From a virus, in the IMG/VR virus record IMGVR_UViG_3300027865_000001: a stretch of DNA of 45,420 nucleotides. One strand, 5' to 3'. The number at the start of each line of letters is the position of its first letter. Position 1 is the first letter of the stretch. The notes below the pieces were generated by a model. It saw only the letters and a list, made by a program, of their open reading frames with translations, was not told the origin of the DNA and made no database searches. Both the position numbers and the translations under genes were made by a program. Shown piece after piece: positions 9,117 to 17,029 of this stretch.

Positions 9117-9860
9117 CTACAGTTCCAAGTCTCCCAAGCTTGCCAGTGCTTCGGTTTCTTTCTTTTCCATCTTAGCGAAACGACTGGTAAACCTGATACC
9201 CATCGGTGAAGTATCAGCGTCGGTAAGCTTCAAACACTTAGCTAGTGCTACTCGTTGCGCTACTGGGAGCATCGTTTTGCCAGATGCCAGACTAATGAAC
9301 TGTGCAAGGTAAGACTCAATCACCTGCTTGACCTTAGCGCCTTGTTCCTCGGTAAGTTCTGCCGGATCATCAGTTCCCAGTTTGTTAGCCAGTATGACCA
9401 GTAACTTAGATGCGCAAGCTTCGGTAAACCACTCCGTGATCTGCTCACCGTTGATACTGCTGTGCGACTCTTCGATAGTTTCGAGTATCTTCGCCAATGT
9501 TAGCGTCTCCGTGAATACCTGAGTGCCACCATCCTTATGATAGGCGCGGATAGTAGAGTCTTCAACGCTAGACAAGTAAGCGCTAACAAACGGAGCCAGC
9601 GTTTCTATGTTCTCAATCACCTGAGCGATAGATACGTGGTCATTAGGTACAGTGACATAGACGTTAGGTTTTGCTTCCGTACCTTTCGCTTTCATAGCTG
9701 CGGTCTGCTTGTAGTTACAAGTAACTTGCCTGTAACCAGTCGGCGCTGCTGGTGTTCCTTCTACGCTGTTATAAGGAAAGAATTGGCCAGCGGTTTCTGC
9801 TCCCTTGTCAGTAGGCCGGGGTGTTGCTGCTGGTACGTTGTTATCAGTTGATGTGGTCAT
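9117..9860 (-). CDS. Hypothetical protein (247 aa), possible distant paralog of the 278-aa protein at 16141..16977
   Basis: The ORF sits in a locally GC-richer stretch (about 45-47% on two hand-counted lines). By-eye similarity: VTCNYKQT..KPNVYVTVP versus IQFNFKKN..RNSVQIPIP, plus similar helical C-terminal halves. Confidence 0.7.
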   Translation of the reverse strand: MTTSTDNNVPAATPRPTDKGAETAGQFFPYNSVEGTPAAPTGYRQVTCNYKQTAAMKAKGTEAKPNVYVTVPNDHVSIAQVIENIETLAPFVSAYLSSVEDSTIRAYHKDGGTQVFTETLTLAKILETIEESHSSINGEQITEWFTEACASKLLVILANKLGTDDPAELTEEQGAKVKQVIESYLAQFISLASGKTMLPVAQRVALAKCLKLTDADTSPMGIRFTSRFAKMEKKETEALASLGDLEL

Positions 9861-9888
9861 GATAATTTACTCTCTTTTGTTGGTGGTT

Positions 9889-10278
9889 CTAGTGAATGCC
9901 ATTATTGGCGGTTTGTACTGCTTGGTACTTTTCAGGCTGGTAGTCACAATCCATTGATTCAATGATTCCATTCGGTCTGGCTATTGCTACTGTCCAACAC
10001 TGTACTTCTACACCTCTAAGTCTCCATCCATTAAGGTGCGGTTGATGTTCTGATTCAAGGTAGATGTACGTTTGCTTAGCTTGCTTCTGCCAATCAGTAA
10101 TAATGAATCGTCCGAGATTCAAAGCTTGCAAGATATAAACGATGTCATTCAGTTTTGGTCGCATGGTCTGGGTCCCTGTGCTTGATTCGGCATTGTTGCC
10201 GGGTATGTATGAATAATGGACTCTTCTATATAGGGATGCAAGCTTTTTAGCTTTTATAATCCCTGTAAAATCAAACAC
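9889..10278 (-). CDS. Hypothetical protein, first gene of the leftward arm (GTG start at 10278; the ATG at 10164 with an AGGGA SD is a more conventional start)
   Basis: The 129-aa track ORF begins with GTG and has no SD. The internal start MRPKLNDIVY... (9889..10164, 91 aa) has AGGGA 8 nt upstream. Confidence 0.6.
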   Translation of the reverse strand: MFDFTGIIKAKKLASLYRRVHYSYIPGNNAESSTGTQTMRPKLNDIVYILQALNLGRFIITDWQKQAKQTYIYLESEHQPHLNGWRLRGVEVQCWTVAIARPNGIIESMDCDYQPEKYQAVQTANNGIH

Positions 10279-10296
10279 TTACAACTCATTTACTTT

Positions 10297-10412
10297 TAGC
10301 TAAGAGCGTAACCGTTTATATATACTTCACTCGTAAGCGCAGTTATGGTACTGGTAGCTAAGCATAGTACGCATTAGTATAACTTCAATCGTATGCACAG
10401 TTACTAGATTAA
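10297..10412. repeat. Two tandem 58-bp units in the divergent control region
   Basis: Both units begin with tagctaag (10297 and 10355). They share acttcaNtcgtaNgcNcagtta at 10324-10346 and 10382-10404, about 19/22 identical. Confidence 0.7.
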
Positions 10413-10443
10413 GGATTAGGTAAATTGTCAATATGGTCAGCTT

Positions 10444-10464
10444 TGACAAAATGACATTTTGACA
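10444..10464. promoter_or_regulatory. TGACA x3 array at 8-bp phasing (left operator-like array)
   Basis: TGACA occurs at 10444, 10452 and 10460. Read on the minus strand this is TGTCAnnnTGTCAnnnTGTCA, pointing toward the leftward genes. Confidence 0.6.
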
Positions 10465-10473
10465 CTAGCCTGA

Positions 10474-10559
10474 GGTATCGGTATCTAGGGGTATGTTCCT
10501 ATCTCTTGCTGTATCTAATAGGTATGTATAGTAGTAGTATCTAAGTATAGGTATGTACT
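10474..10559. repeat. GTAT(C/G)-rich iteron-like cluster (origin or regulator-binding candidate)
   Basis: At least 7 copies of GGTATC/GGTATG/GTATCTA occur within 86 bp. The 11-mer ataggtatgta occurs twice (10518 and 10547), and gtatcta occurs at 10481, 10511 and 10537. Confidence 0.55.
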
Positions 10560-10680
10560 TATGAATTAGTAATGTTTAAATACACTCCTCTATACAGAGG
10601 CGAATCAGGTACTGTTAGATAGCTAGATATATACCTGTTACCTATAACATAGCCACGGATACGTACCCCTAAATAGGGGC

Positions 10681-10709
10681 TTGACACATCGTTGTCATTC
10701 TGTCAAAAT
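10681..10709 (+). promoter_or_regulatory. Sigma70-like early rightward promoter candidate
   Basis: TTGACA (10681-10686), a 17-nt spacer, then CAAAAT (10704-10709) preceded by TGT (extended -10-like). It lies about 90 nt upstream of the first + strand ORF. Confidence 0.4.
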
Positions 10710-10713
10710 GTCA
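10693..10713. promoter_or_regulatory. TGTCA x3 array at 8-bp phasing (right operator-like array), mirror image of 10444..10464
   Basis: TGTCA occurs at 10693, 10701 and 10709, overlapping the spacer and -10 of the candidate promoter. It is the reverse complement of the left array. Confidence 0.6.
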
Positions 10714-10798
10714 AATAGGGCCACTTTGCCAAAATTCCGATTTACTTCTTAGGTAAGGACTGGTCATACACTGTAAGTTAATAAAGGGAATAGATAAG

Positions 10799-10990
10799 AT
10801 GAGTAATAAAGATAAAGTAGTAGAGGGAGCTATGAAAGTATTACCCGTAGATACTAGCAAGTATAGCTCACGGACTTATTACAGGACAGGACAACCATAT
10901 ACTGGCTTAGGTCAGTGGTTGTTATATCAAGAACGTAAACTAAAAGGAAAAAGTTATGAAAGATACAATAGGTTTAATACATCCTGCTAG
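10799..10990 (+). CDS. Hypothetical early protein (63 aa)
   Basis: First ORF of the rightward arm, with AAGGGA upstream. It overlaps the next ORF by 35 nt, so the true extent is uncertain. Confidence 0.45.
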   Translation: MSNKDKVVEGAMKVLPVDTSKYSSRTYYRTGQPYTGLGQWLLYQERKLKGKSYERYNRFNTSC

Positions 10991-11189
10991 TTGCTGGCAT
11001 AGTGACAGTGCTGAGTTACGAGGTATGGAAATAGAAGTGGTAAATATTACCGACAGTTTATATATAAATGGTGTCAGAGTTAAAGGTTGGTACAATGCTT
11101 CAGTTAGAATTGTTAATCCACCAGCTAGTTGGAAGTGTGTTGCTGATCGCTTACATCTGAATGGCTTCCGTCCTCGGAGGGTAGCATGA
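10956..11189 (+). CDS. Small early protein, paralog A of the MKxxIGLI...GFRPRR family
   Basis: 77 aa with an AAGGAAA SD. The N-terminus MKDTIGLIHPAS and the C-terminus NGFRPRRVA match the 73-aa ORF at 15572. The 13-mer atggcttccgtcc is shared at 11161 and 15762. Confidence 0.8.
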   Translation: MKDTIGLIHPASCWHSDSAELRGMEIEVVNITDSLYINGVRVKGWYNASVRIVNPPASWKCVADRLHLNGFRPRRVA

Positions 11190-11398
11190 ACTGGACTAGC
11201 AACGTTAACAAACGTAAGAAGTGGGACCGTAGCGTTAGACGTATTGATCGCATTACTCGTACGCCTAATATTGATACTATCAAACGTAACCGTAAGCGTT
11301 GGAAGCTTATTTATAAACGAGCAGTGGATGTTCTCTACTGGGTTGCTATCATAGGTATCGGACTTGGTGCTATAGCTGTAGTAACTACCACAGGCTAA
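11186..11398 (+). CDS. Small tail-anchored membrane protein (basic N-terminus, C-terminal TM)
   Basis: 70 aa with an ATGA overlap to the upstream gene. It has a Lys/Arg-rich N-terminus and a C-terminal hydrophobic stretch VLYWVAIIGIGLGAIAVVTT. Confidence 0.7.
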   Translation: MNWTSNVNKRKKWDRSVRRIDRITRTPNIDTIKRNRKRWKLIYKRAVDVLYWVAIIGIGLGAIAVVTTTG

Positions 11399-11421
11399 GA
11401 GTCTTTATCAGACCCATAGTT

Positions 11422-11649
11422 ATGCTAATACAGATAGCTATGGTTCTTATTAAAGGTTTGTTAGATAAGAAAAGGAAGCTAGTAATGAAAGATAGATTAA
11501 CTGGTATTAAGATACGTAGTGCTGAACAAAGGCTAATACAATGCTTTGCTTTAGCTGAAAGCACTTCTAACCCTAAGCTACAAAAAGAGTGGCTTGATAA
11601 AGCTGTTGAACAGGAAGAAATTATTAAACAACTAAAAGGAAAGGAATAA
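11422..11649 (+). CDS. Hypothetical early protein (75 aa; alternative start at 11485 with an AAGGAAG SD)
   Basis: Track ORF. The internal Met22 is preceded by a better SD. Confidence 0.55.
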   Translation: MLIQIAMVLIKGLLDKKRKLVMKDRLTGIKIRSAEQRLIQCFALAESTSNPKLQKEWLDKAVEQEEIIKQLKGKE

Positions 11650-11653
11650 GATT

Positions 11654-12346
11654 ATGGGTACACAATCATGGACACCTAAGCATAAGCTAGGTATTGCTAT
11701 GCATCATATGTTACAAGCAGGTAAGAACCCTTGCTTTCGCATAGAAGGCTTACGTATTAGTGCTGCTAGTGATGTCAGTACTAATCCCGGATACCTTTAT
11801 ATTAAGGATGATAACTGGTCTTACATAGGTAAGATCTCACCAGCAGGATTGCTTAAGGTAAGGCACCCTAGCTTGATTACAGCTAAGCAGAAGCAACTAG
11901 TAATAGAAGCTATTAGTGAACCTGAGCGTATAGCTATGAACGATGGTAAGATTACTGGCACTTGCTGCTGCTGCGGTAGAACTCTTACTAATGCACTTAG
12001 TATAGAACTAGGTATCGGTCCGATATGCAGAGGTTTCTGGTTCCCTGATAGTGATAGCATGACTACTAGCCCTGAACAAGTACTTGTTAATCAAGAGAGG
12101 TTACTGGAAGAACTAGGTGCTAGTGGGCATGTAAAGGCAGCATCAGGTAGCTTTGCTATAGATGAAGATGGTAATGCTATCATACCAGAGCCTACTGAGT
12201 GCTTAGGTGAAATGCCTACTACTACAGTATTCTCTAAAGAGCCTGTACTTGAGATGTTTAGAGAGTTTAAGCTTCTTAATGATACTCAACAAGGCATACT
12301 TTACCATATGCTATCTACGGAGATGAAAGATAATGGCAACCTCTAA
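11654..12346 (+). CDS. DUF6011-like zinc-motif protein
   Basis: 230 aa containing TGTCCCCGRTLTNALSIELGIGPICRGF. This matches the CxxCGR-x-LT...S...GIGP-x-C signature I recall for phage DUF6011 domains. Confidence 0.6.
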   Translation: MGTQSWTPKHKLGIAMHHMLQAGKNPCFRIEGLRISAASDVSTNPGYLYIKDDNWSYIGKISPAGLLKVRHPSLITAKQKQLVIEAISEPERIAMNDGKITGTCCCCGRTLTNALSIELGIGPICRGFWFPDSDSMTTSPEQVLVNQERLLEELGASGHVKAASGSFAIDEDGNAIIPEPTECLGEMPTTTVFSKEPVLEMFREFKLLNDTQQGILYHMLSTEMKDNGNL

Positions 12347-12821
12347 ACACCGCTATCGTCCTGCTTTCTCTAAGGAAGAAGTAGAAGCACTAGATAGGAT
12401 ACTCAAGGTAGCTTACATAGATGACTTAGTGAAGCCACCTTACCATCCTGACAATCCACTTGATACTGCTAGATCATTCCCACCTACTGTAGAGGTAACA
12501 TTCCTTCAGCTTATGGGTAAGATAAGTACTCTCGTATCTAAAATAGCTAATGATGCTATAGTTCCTGCTTATACTATAATTAAGCATAGTGATCCTAAGA
12601 TAGCTATAATGGAGACTCTTGGAGCACATACAGATGAGATAGCTAAGCTTGATGGTACTGAAACTAAAGAACAGTATTGGGAAAGGTGTTACTTGAAGTA
12701 TCTAAAAGAGCCTATGTCTTGTACAGTACCTGAGATAGAAGCATTTCAAGAGTATAGATACTTACATGATCTTATGGCTGCTGATGAAGCTAGAGAATTT
12801 GAAGCTAAGGCAGGAGTCTAA
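12333..12821 (+). CDS. Hypothetical early protein (162 aa)
   Basis: Track ORF that overlaps the upstream gene by 14 nt and the downstream gene by 1 nt (TAATG). Confidence 0.7.
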   Translation: MATSKHRYRPAFSKEEVEALDRILKVAYIDDLVKPPYHPDNPLDTARSFPPTVEVTFLQLMGKISTLVSKIANDAIVPAYTIIKHSDPKIAIMETLGAHTDEIAKLDGTETKEQYWERCYLKYLKEPMSCTVPEIEAFQEYRYLHDLMAADEAREFEAKAGV

Positions 12822-13852
12822 TGGCTAATGTAACATGCGCCATTAGTGGCTTACGTTTTAAGATAGCAGGACTAGAAGGTACTGAGATACCAGCTAGTAT
12901 TGGCTACTATCATCCTATATTTACTCTCTCGCATAAGAAACTGTATACACTATATTATCAGCATACAAGAAACAAACTAACTCAGGTAGATAGCTACCTC
13001 TTGTTCTGTGCTTTCTTACAAGCTACAGGTCAAGTAGAATGGAATTCACCCGCCACCTGTAATCCTAGTGAAACTCATACTACTAAGTTAGTGCAGAACA
13101 ATTTAGCACAGCTTATTAGTGTCTATCAGAAAACATCTATAATTCAACATCCTTCTTTTAGACAACCCAGTTTCGTAGTAAACTATGATAATGGGCGTCT
13201 CGATCAGGTACATAACTGGATTGCAGCATGGCAACAGAACTTAGTAGATTTTAATGTCTCAAGAGCTACCTATGCACAGCAGCGGAGCTTACTTAAGATA
13301 GAAGCTTTACTAGATGAGAAGCTAGCTATAGGAATACCTGCTGAACAGTTACCGGGTATAGTAGCTAGCTGGGCTTCACAAGCAGCGGAGTTTCCTTATG
13401 AAAAGAACGAAGTTTACCAGCAGGTAATACGCTCTTGCTTTAACTCTGCTAAGATGTTTAAGACTCCACTAAATCTAATACGAGAAGTACAGCAGTATTG
13501 CTATGCTAATATAGAGCCAGAGTCTATACACTTCTTTACTTTAGCTGAAACTCTTAAGAAAGGAGTTGCATTACATCTAGATTACTTAGGTGGTTCCAAT
13601 TTAGCGTTAGGGTATACTATGCTAGATATAGATTCACTTAAGCTTACAACAGATCAGAAAGAAGGTGAGCTTAAGACTGCGGCAGCATTGACTAGCATAG
13701 TAAACAATGCGCCAACAGAACCACCGGTATTAATAGATTATCCTGATAAGCTGTCTTTCCTTAAAGCTAAGCTTGCTTACAAGGTAGCTGTTACACTTAC
13801 TACACCAGATACTAAACCTCCAATAAAAAATAATCCAGAGGATGCGCTATAA
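12821..13852 (+). CDS. Hypothetical protein (343 aa)
   Basis: Track ORF with TAATG coupling at both ends. No motif was recognised. Confidence 0.75.
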   Translation: MANVTCAISGLRFKIAGLEGTEIPASIGYYHPIFTLSHKKLYTLYYQHTRNKLTQVDSYLLFCAFLQATGQVEWNSPATCNPSETHTTKLVQNNLAQLISVYQKTSIIQHPSFRQPSFVVNYDNGRLDQVHNWIAAWQQNLVDFNVSRATYAQQRSLLKIEALLDEKLAIGIPAEQLPGIVASWASQAAEFPYEKNEVYQQVIRSCFNSAKMFKTPLNLIREVQQYCYANIEPESIHFFTLAETLKKGVALHLDYLGGSNLALGYTMLDIDSLKLTTDQKEGELKTAAALTSIVNNAPTEPPVLIDYPDKLSFLKAKLAYKVAVTLTTPDTKPPIKNNPEDAL

Positions 13853-15561
13853 TGACTAAGCATAAAATAGACTTTGCTGCCTTACTAGCTAAGGTAAAAG
13901 AGAACGCAGAAGCACCTCCCTCAGACACTACAACATTAGATGCTGTTGCTGAAGTATTGTCTACTAATGATACCATAACAGGTATGCACGGGGAGCTTAT
14001 CACCTATAACTCTAAGCAACAAGAGTTCATAGACTTAGCAGCAGCAGGTAAGTCATGTGTACTTATAGGTGCAGCAGGTACAGGTAAAACTACTTGCAGT
14101 CAAGGTGCGCTTAAAGCTATCCTAGCATCTACTGACTTAGCTATACCTCCGCTAATGTCTGATGGTCATAAGCACCTACGAGATAATACGCCCGGTGTAG
14201 TTATATGTTCTTACACTCGCCGCGCTGTTAATAACATTCGTAAGGTACAGACTGAGGATCTTAAGAATAACTGTATTACAGTGCATAAGCTACTAGAGTA
14301 TGCTCCTGTATACTATGAAGTATTAGATCCTGAGACTAATGAACTTAAGAATACCATGCGCTTTGAACCTTCCCGTAATGCACATAGGCCATTGCCTAGT
14401 TCTATCCATACTATCGTGATAGAAGAAGCATCTATGCTAGGTGGTTTACCTAAAGAGATGGGCGAAGGTAGAGGTGAGTTGTATAACCAACTACTAGCTG
14501 CTCTTGATCATGAGGTACAGTTCATATTCATAGGTGACATACAGCAGTTACCGCCAGTGTTTGGACCTGCTATCTTAGGCTTTAAGCTTAATGAATTACC
14601 TACTATAGAGCTTACGCAAGTGTACAGACAAGCTTTAGAATCACCTATCATTAAGCTAGCTCACCAGATACTTAGTGGTGTACCTATACCTTTAGAAGAA
14701 TACAAGGACTGGCATGTACCGGGTAAATTAACTATTCACCCGTGGAAAAAGAAACTACACCCAGACCACGCTATAATGACGTTAGCTGCATTCTTTAAGA
14801 AAAGTATAGATACCAAACTCTATAATCCTAATGAGGATATGATTCTTATACCTTACAATAAAGCTTGCGGTACATTAGAACTTAATCGCCACATAGCTAA
14901 CCACCTTGCAAGAAAGCGAGATGCTGTTACGCATGAAGTTATAGCTGGTTTTGTTAAAGTATACCTATCTGAAGGTGATAGGGTACTATATGATCGCGAA
15001 GATGCAGAAGTTGTAAGTATCGAGCTTAACCCCTCTTATACAGGTGCTAAGTACCAGTCATGTAGCATGAACCTAGACTACTGGGGACATAATCCTAAAG
15101 CAGTAGAAGAACGCGATGGACATAGAGCAAGCTATCATGAAGACGATGTAGACTTCTTATTAGAGCAAGTAGCTAGCTCAGATGATCGCGTTAACCAATC
15201 CTCGCATAAGATAGTAGTACGCTTACTAGATAGCGAGACTGAAGTAACATTATCAAGCAGTGCTGAAATTAATAGCTTACTACATGCTTATGCTCTTACA
15301 GTACATAAGTCACAGGGTAGTGAATGGCGTAAGGTGTTCTTAGGCTTTCACCAAAGTCATGCTGTAATGATGCAGCGAGAACTACTGTATACAGCAGTAA
15401 CCAGAGCAAGAGAAGAACTTTATGTAATCTGTGAGCCTGAGACCTTTACTAAAGGTATCATATCACAACGTATTAAAGGCGATACCTTAGCAGAGAAAGC
15501 AGAGTACTTTAAAGGTAAGTTACCTAAAGAAGTATTAAACCCAACACCAACTGAGTCATAG
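13852..15561 (+). CDS. SF1B DNA helicase (RecD/Dda-like)
   Basis: 569 aa. It has Walker A GAAGTGKTT, Walker B IVIEEASML, FIGDIQQLPPV, TVHKSQGSEW and LYTAVTRAREEL, which are the classical RecD-family motifs. Confidence 0.88.
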   Translation: MTKHKIDFAALLAKVKENAEAPPSDTTTLDAVAEVLSTNDTITGMHGELITYNSKQQEFIDLAAAGKSCVLIGAAGTGKTTCSQGALKAILASTDLAIPPLMSDGHKHLRDNTPGVVICSYTRRAVNNIRKVQTEDLKNNCITVHKLLEYAPVYYEVLDPETNELKNTMRFEPSRNAHRPLPSSIHTIVIEEASMLGGLPKEMGEGRGELYNQLLAALDHEVQFIFIGDIQQLPPVFGPAILGFKLNELPTIELTQVYRQALESPIIKLAHQILSGVPIPLEEYKDWHVPGKLTIHPWKKKLHPDHAIMTLAAFFKKSIDTKLYNPNEDMILIPYNKACGTLELNRHIANHLARKRDAVTHEVIAGFVKVYLSEGDRVLYDREDAEVVSIELNPSYTGAKYQSCSMNLDYWGHNPKAVEERDGHRASYHEDDVDFLLEQVASSDDRVNQSSHKIVVRLLDSETEVTLSSSAEINSLLHAYALTVHKSQGSEWRKVFLGFHQSHAVMMQRELLYTAVTRAREELYVICEPETFTKGIISQRIKGDTLAEKAEYFKGKLPKEVLNPTPTES

Positions 15562-15571
15562 GAGTAGTAAA

Positions 15572-15793
15572 ATGAAAAATGTAATTGGTTTAATTGGTCC
15601 AATGTCAGCTAGACACCATAGAAGTAAAGTACTTCGCAACAATCCAGATATAATTATAACTGAAATATGTAAATTATATAATGGATCAGATTGGTATTGT
15701 GGAAGGTTTACTCCACGTAAAAACATTGATGTATTTAAAGCTGGTAAATCTTATCCTATCTATGGCTTCCGTCCACGTCGTATAGCAGGGTAA
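15572..15793 (+). CDS. Small early protein, paralog B of the MKxxIGLI...GFRPRR family
   Basis: 73 aa. MKNVIGLIGPMS...YGFRPRRIAG aligns with the 77-aa ORF at 10956. AGGAG lies upstream. Confidence 0.8.
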   Translation: MKNVIGLIGPMSARHHRSKVLRNNPDIIITEICKLYNGSDWYCGRFTPRKNIDVFKAGKSYPIYGFRPRRIAG

Positions 15794-15796
15794 GTT

Positions 15797-15967
15797 ATGA
15801 TAGCGCCGACATGGTTCTTAGCTATAGTAATCATACTGACACTAGGTTTTATGGTATTAAATATATTATCTAGCCTAGTGTCAGCAGATACTCTTAAGTT
15901 TCTATTCGAAGAGGTATTATTCCCTGCCGTTATTCTCGGCATATTGGCTATACTCGTATCAATGTAA
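15797..15967 (+). CDS. Small two-TM membrane protein (56 aa)
   Basis: Hand-translated, below the track cutoff: MIAPTWFLAIVIILTLGFMVLNILSSLVSADTLKFLFEEVLFPAVILGILAILVSM. It starts 3 nt after the paralog B stop. Confidence 0.6.
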   Translation: MIAPTWFLAIVIILTLGFMVLNILSSLVSADTLKFLFEEVLFPAVILGILAILVSM

Positions 15968-15977
15968 GTCTAATAGC

Positions 15978-16000
15978 TATAGCTCGATGGCGTAGCTATA
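15978..16000 (+). promoter_or_regulatory. Conserved 14-mer atagctcgatggcg (copy 1) inside a 7-bp inverted repeat
   Basis: The 14-mer at 15979-15992 recurs at 17390-17403. Here it is flanked by tatagct/agctata arms. It lies upstream of the 278-aa gene. Confidence 0.5.
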
Positions 16001-16034
16001 AGCCATGCTATCTTGGATATGAGCAAATTCCCTA

Positions 16035-16063
16035 TTGACGGATTCTCGTATCCATGAGATCAT
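16035..16063 (+). promoter_or_regulatory. Sigma70-like promoter candidate for the 278-aa gene
   Basis: TTGACG (16035-16040), a 17-nt spacer, then GATCAT (16058-16063). It lies about 78 nt upstream of the ATG at 16141. Confidence 0.35.
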
Positions 16064-16140
16064 GGTTGTTCTGTTGAGAGACAACTCTCTTTTACCTTTT
16101 ACCCACTAACTAATTTACACACAAACAGGAAACAATTCTC

Positions 16141-16977
16141 ATGGACAACTTAGATCAACTTAAAGCAGGACAAGATGCAGGACAAGAAACGCCTGTAGAA
16201 GATAGCACCCAAGAAGCTGTAACACAAGAAGATGAGCTTACAGCAGCAGACATTACTACTACTGAAGTAATTGTAGAAGCAGGCAAGGAAGATATAACGC
16301 GGCATACGATTGCTGCACCTAACCCTTCTAAGGAAGAGATGGCAGAGTTGCTTAAAAACATCCAAGTTAACTACGACTCTAAAGTAGACGTTAAGCCGAT
16401 ACAGTTTAACTTTAAGAAGAACACTGACAAAGAGACTGGTATTGAAACTGTCCGTAACTCAGTACAGATTCCTATCCCTTTCCCATCAGTCGAAGGCGTA
16501 GTAGGTATCTTAGAAGCAGGTGGCTTGCAGATGGAACTGCTGTTTGAAGCTATCTATAAGATTGTTACTGACGCAGCAAGAGAGTACTTGTATGAAGATG
16601 TTACATTTACTGCTGCTACCTTCCCGATAGATCTAGTAACTTGGGATGCTATTAGCAAGCAACCTAAAGCACAGCGTCGTGGTGGTGGTATTGCTAAAGA
16701 AGTTTGGGAAGGCTTCGCTCAGGACTATGTTAACGTCATGCCATCTGTTACTGGTAAGACTGTTGAACAGATTGCTAATGCTGCTAAGATCCTTCTTGGT
16801 AAGCTGGCACAGGTTAAGACCAATGAACCTGTACTGAACCTTTTGGTAGGTCAGTTAGCTATCTACGCGGATAACTCTGAGAACATACAAGAGTATCAAG
16901 AGTGTGTTGAGTTCTTGCTTACCAAAGCAAACACATTCCTTAACGTTACAGATGAGCAGCTTCTGGCTAACCTGTAA
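16141..16977 (+). CDS. Hypothetical acidic-N-terminus protein (278 aa) in an apparently monocistronic unit
   Basis: Track ORF with an AGGAAA SD and a very acidic first 60 residues. It is followed by a strong intrinsic terminator. Possible paralog of the 247-aa ORF at 9117. Confidence 0.8.
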   Translation: MDNLDQLKAGQDAGQETPVEDSTQEAVTQEDELTAADITTTEVIVEAGKEDITRHTIAAPNPSKEEMAELLKNIQVNYDSKVDVKPIQFNFKKNTDKETGIETVRNSVQIPIPFPSVEGVVGILEAGGLQMELLFEAIYKIVTDAAREYLYEDVTFTAATFPIDLVTWDAISKQPKAQRRGGGIAKEVWEGFAQDYVNVMPSVTGKTVEQIANAAKILLGKLAQVKTNEPVLNLLVGQLAIYADNSENIQEYQECVEFLLTKANTFLNVTDEQLLANL

Positions 16978-17029
16978 TCTAAAAGATAGTTACGGTCCAT
17001 AGTTTTCCAGCTATCCGTAACAAGTATCT

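Noticed and set aside
16150-16365. Two minus-strand ORFs (71 and 68 aa), antisense to the 278-aa gene
   Set aside because: They are shadow ORFs inside a gene that has its own SD, promoter candidate and terminator.
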